Origin: Nemertoderma westbladi
Taxonomy: Eukaryota; Animalia; Xenacoelomorpha
DNA: 51,529 nucleotides
Direction: 5' to 3'
Assembly (NCBI GenBank): GCA_032718475.1
Contig: JAUCBJ010008239.1
Span: forward strand, 1-51,529
The notes below the pieces were generated by a model that worked only from the letters and a program-made list of their open reading frames with translations, was not told the origin of the DNA and ran no database searches. Position 1 is the first letter of the stretch; the number at the start of each line of letters is the position of its first letter. Position numbers and translations under genes: made by a program. Positions 1 through 12,571 of this stretch are shown one piece after another.

Positions 1-248
1 ACCAGATTTACCACCTCGTCGAATGATTGGGAACTAACTGACGTATTTCCGATTGCGTCATAGCACTTCCGTTTACGACGGATTATAAGTTCCGTCAGAG
101 CTTCTATATCTTGGCAAGTCAAAGACCAGTTAAGAAGCACTCCATCTTGCGTTTTATCATTTTTCTTTGGACTTTGTGTTGTTGTTGTATAACATCTATG
201 CAAGTTCCTATTCGCCAAAGTCCACTTCCGGTTTAATAAACGAAACAT
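1..248 (-). CDS. First coding exon (runs to the window edge) of an M3A oligopeptidase, neurolysin/thimet oligopeptidase-like, with a probable mitochondrial presequence
   Basis: Not in the ORF track; translated by hand from the ATG at 248: MFRLLNRKWTLANRNLHRCYTTTTQSPKKNDKTQDGVLLNWSLTCQDIEALTELIIRRKRKCYDAIGNTSVSSQSFDEVV. The LxWxLxxQxIExxTxxxIxxxKxxYDxxG pattern matches the THOP1/NLN N-terminus as I recall it (LRWDLSAQQIEERTRELIEQTKRVYDQVG). The leader is Arg-rich, lacks acidic residues and ends in RCY. Confidence 0.8.
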   Translation of the reverse strand, partial: MFRLLNRKWTLANRNLHRCYTTTTQSPKKNDKTQDGVLLNWSLTCQDIEALTELIIRRKRKCYDAIGNTSVSSQSFDEVVNL

Positions 249-324
249 ATTACCGTATTACTATTACAGTTACCGGTCCGGTACAATCTGAAAATTCTCA
301 AATTTTAGGTCAGTAGGTGGTGAG

Positions 325-1878
325 TAGGGCTCAACAGAAGCTTCGGCTTCGGTTCGGTTCGGGCCGAAGTTTGGCAATTTCGGTTCGGTTCGGCTTCTGC
401 AATTGATACTGCAGAAGCCAGGAGCAAACTTTGCTAATTATTCCAAGTATTACATTGACTGATTGAGCTAAGACCAGAAGACAGTAAGACTAATCAATCT
501 GTCCATCGTTGTACTAATTAATTTTGGGGTGCAAACGTTAAGCAGACACTGGTGCAGAGCAGACAGTAGGTACAGACAGTGGTGCAGACAGTGGTGCAGA
601 CAGTGATGCAGACAGTGGTGCAGACACCTGGTGCAGACAGTGGTGCAGTCGTGCAGCCACTGGTGCAGACAGTGGTGCAGACAGTTGTGCAGGCTTTGGT
701 ACAGACAGTGGTGCAGACAGTGGTGCAGACAGTGGTGCAGACACGTGGTGCAGACACCTGGTGCAGACAGTGGTGCAGACACTGGTGCAGACAGTGGTGT
801 AGACAGTGGTGCAGACAGCTGGTGCAGACAGTGGTGCAGACAGTAAAGGCTGAAAGGGGCGAGCAGGTTAGTAAAGGAGCAGTTTAGTAAAGGAGCAGGT
901 TTCAGAGGAGTATTGGGGGAACCAAAACAATAAACGTTATTGTTTTGGAGGCTAAGAATACCCAAGGGCCAAGAATACTCGCAGGCTAAGAATACTCGCG
1001 GACTAACAATTCCTGAGACCTTACTGTAGTTAGTCTGCACTGTCTGCACCACTGTCTGACTGTCTGCACCAGTGTCTGCACCACTGTCTGCAGCCACGTG
1101 TCTGCACCACTGTCTCCACCACTGTCTGCACCAGTGTCTGCACCAGTGCCTGCACCACTGTCTGCACGCTGCACCACTGTCTGCACACTGCCCACAGTCT
1201 GCACCACTGTCCGCACCAGGTGTCTGCACCACTGTCTGCACTGCACCACTGTCTGCTTAACGTTTACACCCTTAATTTTGGACTGAACTTCCATTTAAAT
1301 GGCATTATTTTTTTAATTGTTTTCAGTTTACTTGGGTAGTTTCAAAATTAGCTTAATTATACAGTAGTTTAGGTTAGGCTAAATAGGCCTATTGCCATTT
1401 TACTTTGTAGTACCTATTTTTTAATTAATCATAACTTTGATACATAATACCAAATACAGAAATATACCTACTACCTCATACTGTCATATAAATAGTACTA
1501 CCTGTACTTTTAGTGAGGTTTTCTAAATTTGATGTCACTACTGTACGGCTTACTACGGATGAAAATGTGGTGCATACAGTAGCAGTAAGTATACAGTAGT
1601 TTAGGTTAGTAATGCTGTACAGTAATGTAAATATTGTCATTTTATTTTGTAGTACTTATTTTTTTAATTAATCATAGCTTTCTTGCTAAGTCCGCAGACC
1701 AAATAGGTACCAGTCTGCCACTGCCAGTCAGCCAGTATAGTGACGTAAAGACGAATTTATGACCATAACTTGCTAACTTTCTGAACTTCGGTTCGGATTC
1801 GGTTCGGTTCGGCCCGAAGTTGGCCCTGCTTCGGTTCGGTTCGGTTCGGCACCATAAAGTGCCTTCTGTTGAACCCTA
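325..1878. mobile_element. hAT-like non-autonomous DNA transposon remnant
   Basis: 16-bp inverted termini TAGGGCTCAACAGAAG / CTTCTGTTGAACCCTA (1 mismatch) with subterminal (TTCGG)n clusters at both ends. No 8-bp TSD visible. Confidence 0.6.
527..1271. mobile_element. Foldback/Mutator-type non-autonomous element with modular TIRs
   Basis: Termini GGGTGCAAACGTTAAGCAGACA / TGTCTGCTTAACGTTTACACCC. Arrays of a 12-bp unit GTGGTGCAGACA in opposite orientations (541-843 and 1034-1257). Exact 9-bp TSD TTAATTTTG at 518-526 and 1272-1280. Confidence 0.85.
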
Positions 1879-2172
1879 AATACAACTGTACAATATACTG
1901 ATAATGATATACAACAACTGGTAGCCTAATAATAATAACACGAGGTAGAATAAAACGTCTGTCCTTATCTGATCTGACGGCATCTGATCCTATAACCAAT
2001 CAGGAGAAAGAGATATAATATTTACCTAACTGTCTGTTAAGTAAATAGCCAATAGGGGATCAGGTTTCACATTGCCGCTGTTATGTATCAGTATCATCAT
2101 ATGACATAGCAGTACTCAGTACTGGCATACCGGTTGCAGCCAATGCGCCAAGCATGCCAAGGCATGTTATTC

Positions 2173-2641
2173 GAGCCCGTGTAGCCAGGGGGGAGGGTTC
2201 GTTGGTTCGAACCAAGGTGTGTGTACACCTTGGTTTGAACGAACCGTCCTTTTGAGAAAAATGCCCTTTGTTTACGAGCACATGTTTGGGAAATGTTCCC
2301 TTTTATACTGACCTTTTGGAGAAATATTCCCCTTTTATATTCGTCTTTCCGTAAAAGTGCCCTTTCCGACAAAGCAAAATATGTTCAAGTTACATAGCAA
2401 CTTGAACAGTTACATAGGATTCACATTATCCCAGTGCCTGTGTGCTTTAAAAAAGTGCCCCGACATTTCGCATCGGGCTTCAGATCATCCAATCCCTCCC
2501 TCAACCGCCCTACTCATTTCCTACGTTAATAATATGGTCTGGCTAAACCAATGGATATTTTTAATTATTTAAACAAATTAAAAAAGTGCCCTTTTTGGTA
2601 AAAAAAAGAACCGACCTTTTAAAATCCTGGCTACGGGCCTG
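2173..2641. mobile_element. MITE with CAGGCCCGTAGCCAGG-type TIR (copy 1)
   Basis: Right end CCTGGCTACGGGCCTG, degenerate left end GCCCGTGTAGCCAGG, internal AAAAGTGCCCTTT repeats. Body is similar to 6121-6436 plus 7810-7871. Confidence 0.7.
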
Positions 2642-2937
2642 TTATTATATATTAAAAATGCGATATAGAATGAAGGATGGCGGGAATGAAAGTTGTGTGA
2701 TTGCCCCAGCAAAGATGGATAGTTTCAGATGTAAACAACTTTCGTAGATTTAGTTGGTGTTGAAACATTAAATATTTATTAGAAGGTTAATATTGTTGAA
2801 ATTCAATGATGGAAAATTGACATTATATTTAATGTGCCAGTCACTGTGCTTCGGAACATAACGCTTTGATATATATATATACTATACTATATATACTATA
2901 TATATATACTTTGATATATATACTTTTCATATTGTTC

Positions 2938-3905
2938 TCAAATTCTATTGAAGAAGATGCCCCCCCCCCCCCCCAGGATGTTGTATAGTCCTTCGGATGC
3001 CGAGTCGATGGATCCCAGTATTGATGCAGTGTTCCCAATTAGGATAGCGATGAGGATCCGCTGCAGTAGAAAACGGTGGGATCGGGGTTCCTGCGTCTGG
3101 GAGGCGATCCTCTTTCCCAGTTCCTGGAGAAACTCAGGACCAGGGCGGCCGAACGTCTCGAAGGCGACCAGGGTAAAATGGTAGCCCCGGTCGATGAGCT
3201 CCCGGCAATTGCCGATTTTATGGGCCTCCTGCTGCTCGGCTACGCAGCCGCCTTTGGTTTGACTCGTGTGGAGGTGGCTGGGAGCAAGCGGGTTGATCAC
3301 GGTGGCGTCCCAGGCCAGGGTCCGGCCTTGGCTCCAGGAAACCAAGGTTACTCCATCTACCTGCTTCCCGTCATTCCGGCAAAGACACGGCGGCTCCAAC
3401 ACTGACGGAACTCCACAGCTGGTTGATGATCGATCGCCGCCCAATGTCGTTCAGAATGCTGTGGTGGGCTTGGCGACCAGCGCTCTTCTGGCAGGAGAGT
3501 CCGTGGAGGCCATCGGAGTTCACCAGTTTACCGCAGCGGATGCAGCTGTGTGGCTCCGTCACCTTGCACCCCAGGTGGGTAGCCATGGAAATGCGGAGCT
3601 GGGCGTCGGTGAATTTAAGACCCAATAATGATATTGGGATCGCATCAATCCAGCAGCCAGGGATCACATCCTCCAGGGCATTCAAGGAGAGCAGAGCGCT
3701 GGACCTGGTCGTATTGCTCCAAGAATAGTGGGAAGTCGAAGCAAAAGTAAATGAGGCGGGGGATGGCGAAGGAGTTCTTTAGGAGGAAGAAGGCATGGTG
3801 ACTGTCTAAAAGAGACAGGCTGCCGCTCAGGGTTTGCAGGTTGGCCACCTTGGACTCCTTACAGCATTCCAAGGCTGAATTACCTATCGGGGCACCCAGC
3901 ATGGT
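2938..3905 (-). pseudogene. 3' fragment of a restriction-like-endonuclease non-LTR retrotransposon (CRE-like), frameshifted
   Basis: Split over three ORFs: CxxC...H...C finger (CIRCGKLVNSDGLHGLSC), H-rich RHxxxN-like motif (QAHHSILNDI), RLE motifs DGKQVDGVTLVSWSQGRTLAWDAT and VAFETFG. GC-rich relative to flanks, with a (TA)n tract beyond its 3' end. Confidence 0.75.
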
Positions 3906-4264
3906 TAGGTTTATTATTATGGTGAGGTTAGGTATTAAAAATAAAAACAATACAGCCTTTGCTGCAATATTGTAGTAATCTTTCTTATTAATACAGTAGT
4001 TATCAATATTGATAGTTAAAGTTAATTATATTAATTATAATTAATATTATTGAATAATAATACTTATTAATATATTACATTTAAAGTATTTATTGTTTGT
4101 TTGTTACGCTAAAGGGAAGGCAGGAAGGAAGGGGAATCGCAGTAGGCCTACTGCCGAATATGGCGAAACACTTAACATGCCCCATATTGCCCTGATTGCA
4201 AACTGATACAGCAGAGTTTATACCCAGACGATGACGGGATATGGGAAGGTGGATGGAAATTGTG

Positions 4265-4567
4265 GGAATCAATAAACGCTGTTGTTACCTTCCAATTGAA
4301 GGAAAAGAGCAGGTTACAGCGGCGGAAATTTCTACCCAAAACAATAAACGACGTTGTTACCTACAAATTGAGGGAAATGAGCAGGTCTCAGGGGCGGGCT
4401 TTTCTAACCAAAACAATAAAAATCGTTGATATCTACCATAATTGGGGGAAAGGAGCAGGTTACAGAAGCAGGCTTTTCTAACCAAAACAATAAACAATTT
4501 TGTTACCTACCAATTGAGGGAAAGGAGAATGTTACCGAGGCTGTCTTTTCTAACCAAAACAATAAAC
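4265..4567 (+). repeat. About four tandem ~72-bp modules of a dispersed repeat family
   Basis: Recurring GAGCAGGTTACAG...TTTTCTAACCAAAACAATAAA. The same module occurs near 895, 7150-7250, 7940, 9360-9460, 34625 and 38515. Confidence 0.7.
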
Positions 4568-5242
4568 AACCATCCGGCCACCTTCCCATCCATCCATCCA
4601 CCCACCCACCCACCTTCTTACTAACCGTCCGACTGACAGATCAACAGATCATCCCCCTCAAAAAATAAAGACATCGCGCAGCACGTGAATACAAAAATAT
4701 CCTACATGTGAAGTTTCCCAGACTGTTTGGGAAGATTGTCGAAAATACAAAAGTTCCCTTATGATAGTGAATGGGCCACATTCCTTTCCGGTGTGTTTAT
4801 TTTATCGCTGGGAAATGGAATCCTGTAGAACTCCACATGGCCACATTTGCATACACTGATTCCAAATACTGTACGTCCGTGTTTTATCCCGTGTAACCGT
4901 TTTGGTTTTATTGGCGTTATAAAACTTGAAACATACTGCATTCGTTTCGTACTTGTTCATACTGTACATATATGTATAAACTAATAGTATAAACCACAAC
5001 ACTACAAGGTGGAACAAGAGTCAGATACCATCAGATCAGATCAGATAAGGACAGATGTTTTAGCCATCCTATAACACCACAGGCCACGAGCTGCTCGGAA
5101 GGGTTGTTGGCACTGAGGAGTATCGCACCACGTTCCTAGAGGAGAAGGCCCAGGCAGCCAGGAGTTCGCCGCGGAGGTGAATCCGTCTGCGCGTACGCGG
5201 GCCTCGCGTTTGGCCTTGCCTGTCGGTGGCGGTTAATCACCC

Positions 5243-5992
5243 GTGTTGTATCCAACGCGCCAGAAGTCAAAGAATCTCCCCGCAGTCATGACTTTTGTGG
5301 ACTTCAAGAAGGCATTTGACTCCATCCATAGATGTAAAATGTTTGAAATCCAAAGAGCTTACGGAATACCAGATGTAATTGTTGCTGGCATTGGATTGTT
5401 ATATTGTGACACAGAAGCGCAGGTACTCGCACCAGATGAATCCAAGATGAGTTTTCTCAATCCTGGCTGGCGTACTGCAAGGTACTGTAACACATTGGCG
5501 CCATTACTATTCGTAATTGTACTGGATTACGCAATGAGGACGGCCACAAAGGGTGAAGATCTGGGATTCACACTTCAAGAACGCAGAAGCAGTAGATATC
5601 CGATAACTACAGTCACAGACACAGACTTTGCGGATGACATCGCCCTGCTCTCTAATACGCTAGCAGATGCACAGCTTCTACTAAATAAAATGGAGAGGGC
5701 TGCTAAGGAGGTTGGAATGCATATAAATGCTACCAAGACCGAATTCATGACCTTTAATGTTGATGGAAACTTGACAACCATTGATAATAATCCACTAAGG
5801 AAGGTCGACGAATTACAGTACCTTGGATCATGGATAGAGAGTAGCAAAAATGACATAGAAGTTAGGAAAGCAAAGGCTTGGGTAGCTCTATCAAAAATGG
5901 ATACCATCTGGAAATCAGATCTCTCCAGGCACCTGAAGACTAAGTTCTTTCGAGCCACAGTGGAAAGTGTAATTTTATACGGGGTTAAATAA
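5243..5992 (+). pseudogene. Reverse transcriptase fragment of a LINE (RTE-like)
   Basis: FVDFKKAFDSI, disrupted QGDxLAPLLF region, DFADDIALL, INATKTEFM, YLGSWI. Truncated at both ends. Confidence 0.85.
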
Positions 5993-6120
5993 TATAACTG
6001 GGGTTAAATAACTGGGAGCAAATCTTGGGATAGGAGTAGCGCCCACCCCCACCATCGGGTAGCAGCTATCGAAAGAGGAGCCTACGGGTCGCCTCCGGCT
6101 TCGGTCGACTGTTTGCTTTT

Positions 6121-7871
6121 GCAAGGGGGGGTTCGTTGGTTCGAACTAACCGCGCGCGCTTTTGAGAAAAGTGCCCTTTTATACATTTATAGGAACACAT
6201 GTTTGGGAAATGTGCCCTTTTTATAATCACCTTTTTGAGAAATATTATCCTTTTAATTATTATTCACCTACCGGTATTCGTAAAAGTGCCCTTTCCGGCA
6301 AAGCAAATATTAAAGTTACATTTAGCAGTTAAAACAGTTAGGGATCACATACTGTAATCCCAGTGCCAATGTGGTTTAAAAAATACCCCACGCATTTCGT
6401 ATCGGGCTTCAGATCATCCAATCCAATCCCCCCCCACCAGGCCCAGAGCCAGTATAAGGCGAAGGTAGGCCCCGCCTACCCAAACGTAGGTCTCGCCTAC
6501 TCAATTTTTTGTAAGAAATTTTTCTTCTTTATTACTAGAGACGGCGTCAAGACGCCGTTAAGCAAGTCGGAAGTCATCAATCAAATGTAAATTCCATCAA
6601 CAAGCTGTCATTGGTGTTATTTTACCATTGCGCCTATGGCGTTTTTTCGTTTATGTCTATTTTTCGAGCCCACGGCTCATGGACGAAATAGCGGAACATA
6701 CCAGGGACCTTAGAATCGTGGTATCTAGCCGCTGGGAAAATTTCATCAAAATCGTTAGAGTAGTTTTGGCTGTAGATCAGTCAGTCAGTCAGCCAGCCAG
6801 TCAGTCAGTCAGCCAGCCAGTCAGCCAACAATTCTTACTTACAGTAATCAAGTCCTACGACTTGCTAATAATTTTACATTTTTACACAACAAATTTCTGG
6901 TTCCATGCGCCTTCTTTAAACATTAGCCTTGTAGTAATCAAACACCTGAACACCGGTACATATTACACTCAGATTGTAAGTTACTTTCATTTTAATAATA
7001 CCTTCTGTAGGCCAACACTGTTACTACTACTACAGTACAGCAGGGCCTATTCCACCCTTACAGTCATCGAACACTGGTCCTGTAAGGTACGCAGCAAACT
7101 TCGCCCGCGTCCAATCTTCACCCGGAGCAATCTTCACCCACTAAACAATGATTGTTTTGGTGAGAAAAAGCTGTCTCTGTAACCTGATGCTTTCCTTCAA
7201 TTTGTAACAACATCGTTTATTGTTTTGCTTTGGGTTAGAAAAAACCGTCTCTGTAATCTATTCCTTTCCCTCAATTGGTAACTAAAATGGTTTCTAACAC
7301 AAATCTTATTGGGCGGGGCGAAGGTTGTAAGTGGGCAAAGGTTTTTACCCAACCATCCTGTAATGGTACATACAGTATTTTGCGCAGAATAGAATCTGCT
7401 TATGATGTAGCCACTGTAGGTACCTGTTGAGAGTGTTGTGTATTACCAATAAAAGGGATGTTTATCTGCAACACAGGCCTACATACCGAGTTCAATCCCA
7501 CTTGCCGGTGAATATTTTTGGTAGTAAGATTGGTAGTACGCCATTCAAGGAGACAGTTAATGCAGTAGTAGAATAGTACATAGACGCGGACCATCGCGAT
7601 TTCGCGCTTGTTTTGTTGTTTATGTTGTGCTTTGTACAGTATACTAATGATGAACTGATGGCGGACTCCATGTAGACCCTACTGTAGTTTTGCTTTCTAC
7701 CTACTGTATACAATTAAATCTATTATAAAATGTATCCAAATTAACATTTGCGCCTGCCTACCCTGATATTCCCTCGCCTACCCAACTAAAACCTCCTGGC
7801 TACGGGCTAATTAAAAAGTGCCCTTTTTGGAAAAAACGAACCGCCCTTATAAAATCCTGGCTACGGGCCTG
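6121..7871. mobile_element. Second copy of the 2173-2641 MITE, interrupted by a related-TIR element (about 6438-7809)
   Basis: 6121-6436 matches the first half of copy 1 and 7810-7871 matches its end. The inner element is bounded by CAGGCCCAGAGCCAG and CTGGCTACGGGCTA. Confidence 0.65.
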
Positions 7872-10800
7872 AATTAATATTGAAAAATTAGTGCCTAGAA
7901 GTAAAAATTTTATTGTAAACTGTGTTCCTAAATTTACTTTATTGTTTTGGTTAGAAAAGCCTGCCTTTACAGCATTAGGACCTGCTACTTTTCTTTAAAA
8001 GGTACGTTAAATTGTGAATATAGAAATTAAATTTTCGCGAAATTAAGTTAATATGTTAAAATAGGCTGAAATGATTGCATTGGTAATGTGTCCGGAACAA
8101 GTTACGATTCGTTGGGAAGTGGTACGGTACCTACTCCACTATCAGACTATCTGACTATAGACATGAAATAAAAGTTGCTGCATGAAGCAGTGAAGTGAAA
8201 GCAATAATAGGCCCTATTATTTTACTCCTGTACTCGTGTTGCTGTCAGGCTAGCAGTTACTGACAGTTACTGACTGACTGAAGCCGGCAGGCTGTAGGCG
8301 GTGCGGTACCGGTACCGACCGATTGGCTGATTGGGTGTTGCATTCTTCTCGGCCTATGCACTGAACACCTGCCCTGCCTGCCTGCCTACCTGCTGACCGG
8401 CCTACGGTACTGTTCTAGGCCTACCATAACCATACCATAACCATGGAAATCATGGAATGGGCTGTGCAGCTGTGAACACAAGCTGACAAGTAATTAAAAT
8501 TAGGCCTAATTTTTTATTTCTGTATTTGCCGAATTACAGAATTACGGTCTGACGGTCAGACGATAGTCTTTCATTTCATTTTCAGTCTTTCTGTCTTTAG
8601 GCCTAGTACTGTAGTAAAGCAAAAGCTGTAAAGGGGAATACTGGAATAGGCCTACAGGAATAAAATACTTAATCGAGCACCATTCAGCCATTGTACAGTT
8701 GTAAATAGGCCTACTGAAATAGGCCTATATACCGGTACCGTACTGATATAAATTGTTGCATATAATCTGATAATACCAGTCTGCCAGTAGCCTATACCAT
8801 ATCTGCATTCTGCATAGGCCTATACCAGTATACTGACAGACAACTGAACTCTGGAACTGATATAGCCAGATAGCTGGCCTGGCTGTCATGTACAGCTGTA
8901 CACGCGCAGACGCGTACAGTATGCTACCTGGCTACCGGTATGCAGTAGTACTGTTACTGTCTGACTGTAGTATGACTGTCAGACTGTATGAAATGAAGTA
9001 GCTACAGACAGACAAAAGTACCGGTAAGACCATGAACAGAACAGACAAGACAGGTGAAGTCGGATGGAGGTTCATTCTTTGTTCTTTCAGTAGACTGGGA
9101 TGACTGGCATTCATAGCAGGCTGTCAGGCTCAGAGGCTGTGGCCTGTAGGACATAGGAAGGGCCTAGCTGCCTAGTGCCTAGACAGCTAGGCTATCCTGT
9201 TTATGGAATAGAGGCATAGACCAACCCTGCAACCCCATTCCAGGTCCAGCATTCTGCCATTTCTGCAGACTGGTAGATTAGCAGATTACGGGATTAGACA
9301 GGTCGGATATCTGGTTATCGTTCATATGCGTACCGGTGGTTTTGTTACAGTGGTGGTGTTTTCTAACCAAAACAATAAACTAATCTCCATTACTTAATTA
9401 ACGGAAAGGAGCAGGTCAGCAGGTTACAGTGGTGGGCTTTTCTAACCAAACAATAAACAATATCTCAATAACATAGGGTATTTCATACTTATAGTCTTAT
9501 TTTTGCAATACGAAAATACCAACGGTACGGATATGACAGTATGAACTATAACTGACAGGTCCGTCCTGCCTGCCTTCTAACTGTCTAAACACCCAACCAA
9601 ATCTCAACAAACCACACAACACACAACCAGCTGACAAGATCACAATAAATCACAACCTGAACCTACCTTAATTTATCTCACATTTCCATCCTGCCATCGG
9701 CCTACCTAACTGCCTAAACTGCTGAACTGATTAATATCACACATTCACATTACTGCATTAATAGGCCTATCTTTCTCCATGAACCACAAATCAGCAAATG
9801 TATGTTTCTTTTTAGAATAGCGTAGGCTAACTCTACGGTATTTGTCAGTTTGTATTGTTATGCTGTTATGTATATTATAATGCAGTAATGTTTAATGTAT
9901 AAGTAGGCTATGTATAAGCAGATGAGTGTAATTTTTAAAGTGTTATAGAATTTAAAGATCATGCTTCTGATTTATCGAATTATAGTTTTTATTTAAAAAT
10001 TTGAGATCTGTGGTGCGTGATTCATAGTTCAGTCTGACAGTAGTAACTGATATACTGTCTAAATGTCAAAAAATAATAATTAATAATAAAAAATATAGAT
10101 AGTTTTGTGTTAAACACCATATAGGATATATATATTTTATATATTGATATGATATATATTTAACATATATTATAACATTTTCTATTGATTTTAAACACGT
10201 TTTAGAACGATTCCATACTTTTTAAATATAATTCAGATTTTTTTTAAATGTTCTAGAACAAAAAGTATTTGTTCTAGAACATAATTTTTTTTTAAAAATG
10301 AATAGCTAACATCTTCTGGAACATTTTATATACAAATAGTTGATATATTATTTTATTATTATTTTAATTTATATTATATAATTTTATATAACTAGCTACT
10401 ACAAAATATGTATTGAAGGAAGTAGGATGTCGGAACCAGTGTCGAAATTACTAGCTAAACCTACCGAAAACACTAGCTACCATAAATTTTGTATCTTACT
10501 TAACGAGGGGGCTTCAAGTACGTCCATTGATCAAATTGTAGCAAATTGAAATTTATAGAACTCTCCCCATATCCAAATATCAAATTGTTGTAAAAAAAAT
10601 CTTGCCCCCAGTCACCGCCCCCAGTTAACTCGATGGCATGACCTTGTATATAGCAGTATAGTGCGCCTTGACTGCAGTAGGCGTACTGAATTAGTGAAAT
10701 TTCAATCGCAGAGGCGTGCAGCTTACAATGTAGTATGCCAATTGAAAATTCATGAATAAATGTAGGCCCTGGGTACTGTGTTACACTAATTCAGCAATTA

Positions 10801-11817
10801 TAATTATGTAGGCCTAATAAATAATTGTAACGTTTGTCTTCTCATGCGTTTCTCTAGAATTAATAATTAATATTATAAGCCTTTTTTAAAGGTTTCAGCA
10901 TGTGCTAATTTTATAATGTTTTAATTTTACAATACAATACTGCAATAGGCCGATAACAGTATAATAGCCTACATTACGCAACTATATTGAATAAATTTCA
11001 TATAGTCTTATAAAGTAGTCAGTTGTAATATAAAGTGATCTGTTGTGACTTAGAGTTTTAAATATCTTTACTACTGTCTGACTGTACTATGAAAACCACG
11101 TGGTGAAGTACCGGTAGTCCTAATGTATCAATTTTTCAAACAAATATTATACCGGAACAATAATGCTGTATTTCATAATTCAAAGTAAAATACATTTATT
11201 TATATTTGGCCATATTTATTGTACACAATAACGAAGGAAATGTCCAGTTTGAAATTATTTATCATACCGATGATTTAAAAAGCTAATATAAATAAGATAG
11301 GCCTACATTACTTACTTAAAGTTACAATTACTAATACAGTCATACCAAAGCGTATATTATGCATAATTTGTAATAACGTAAAGAAAAAGGGTTGTTTTAA
11401 CGGTTGGCCTATTTATATGAGTTGGACGTTATTAACCTAGGTATGGAACTAGGCTATTAAGTTAGTTTGGGGAGTTGGGACAGAGGGAATACGTTTTTCT
11501 GCCTATCACATACCGGTATTAGTTTAGTGTTAGTATTAGAGTCCAGGAGTCAGGATGTTTGGCTAACTACTACACGACGGTACGAAACACGAATTATGAT
11601 ATAGTGATATACAAACTCAAACTGTGCAGTAAATGCTAGGACTAGTACCGATGGTACGGATACCTGGTACACTAATCAGCTACAGCAGTACAGGTACCAG
11701 GCTACCTGCAGACCTGTCCGCATGGAACGTTTACCGGTACGTTAGAAGCGTTTGGTGTCGGACGCCTGACTGGAATTTATCTTTTGTTGGGAAATTCGTC
11801 ACCTGCAAGAGTACAAT

Positions 11818-12063
11818 ATGGACAATGATAGCGGTATATTTAATGTAACAATCACTGAAGAGAATGCATGTAAAGCAAGTTGTTCCTCGGACTTTGACAT
11901 TTACGACACGGAGATAATAACACCGCTAAATGAACTCGATATTCGGTCCACTGATAATAACGGTTGTAAGAGTTCGTCGGAAGGTTCTCCAAACGGCAGC
12001 GCGATATCAACTGAAATAGAAAGCACGTGTATAGGTTCATCGGGCGATGCACGCAGAAATACG
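11818..12063 (+). CDS. CASP8AP2: FLASH/CASP8AP2-like gene, exon 1 (alternative phase-0 donor at 12079)
   Basis: ATG at 11818; acidic N-terminus with DFDIYD, resembling the LDIY/LDLY motif of FLASH. Phase-0 donors ACG|GTGGGT or GAG|GTATAC both fit exon 2. Confidence 0.6.
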
Positions 12064-12449
12064 GTGGGTAGAGGAGAGGTATACCGTAGTGTTGTGTTGG
12101 ATTTGGTTCAGAGTTTCAGATCAGATTTTATAAACAACATTTAACGGACCCTCTCACATTACTAACATTGCGTAATTTTATAATTAGTCTCAACATTTTC
12201 TTATGAGATACCTTGCCAGATTCTGTAGTTTACCTAGGCCGGTCTAAGTTTGAGTGTGATTTATCTAACTTAAATGGGTCTGAATTGAATAAATTGAACT
12301 TTGATGCAACCAACTATGGTAGATAATATAATTAGGTTTTTTTTTACAGAAGTTAAAGTAAATTATAATTGTATATAAATTATTGGGACGTCAATTTACT
12401 CATTTTGACCTGATTTCCGCTTCGCTCACAATTTCTATTTACTGTTTAG

Positions 12450-12571
12450 GAGGCGGAGCAACTTCGACAAGAAAACGAAGTTCTTAAGAAAAATTTGGTA
12501 GAACTTTATTACGCGGCTACAACGGAAATAGCAGAGCAAAGATCGAAAATCGCAGTGCTAGAACAATTACG
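12450..12571 (+). CDS. CASP8AP2: FLASH/CASP8AP2-like gene, exon 2 (N-terminal coiled coil, Lsm11-binding region in FLASH)
   Basis: Not in the ORF track. Acceptor TGTTTAG|GAG, donor TTACG|GTAAGT. Encodes EAEQLRQENEVLKKNLVELYYAATTEIAEQRSKIAVLEQLR, which aligns to FLASH [30 protein letters not shown] as I recall it. Ends in phase 2. Confidence 0.75.

Noticed and set aside
468-1294. Multiple Cys/His/Gln-rich ORFs on both strands
   Set aside because: Translations of a stop-free 12-bp repeat inside a TSD-flanked foldback element.
6000-6115. Structured GC-rich segment after the RTE fragment, possible ribozyme
   Set aside because: Could not build a hammerhead or HDV fold by eye; more likely a SINE/LINE 3' tail.
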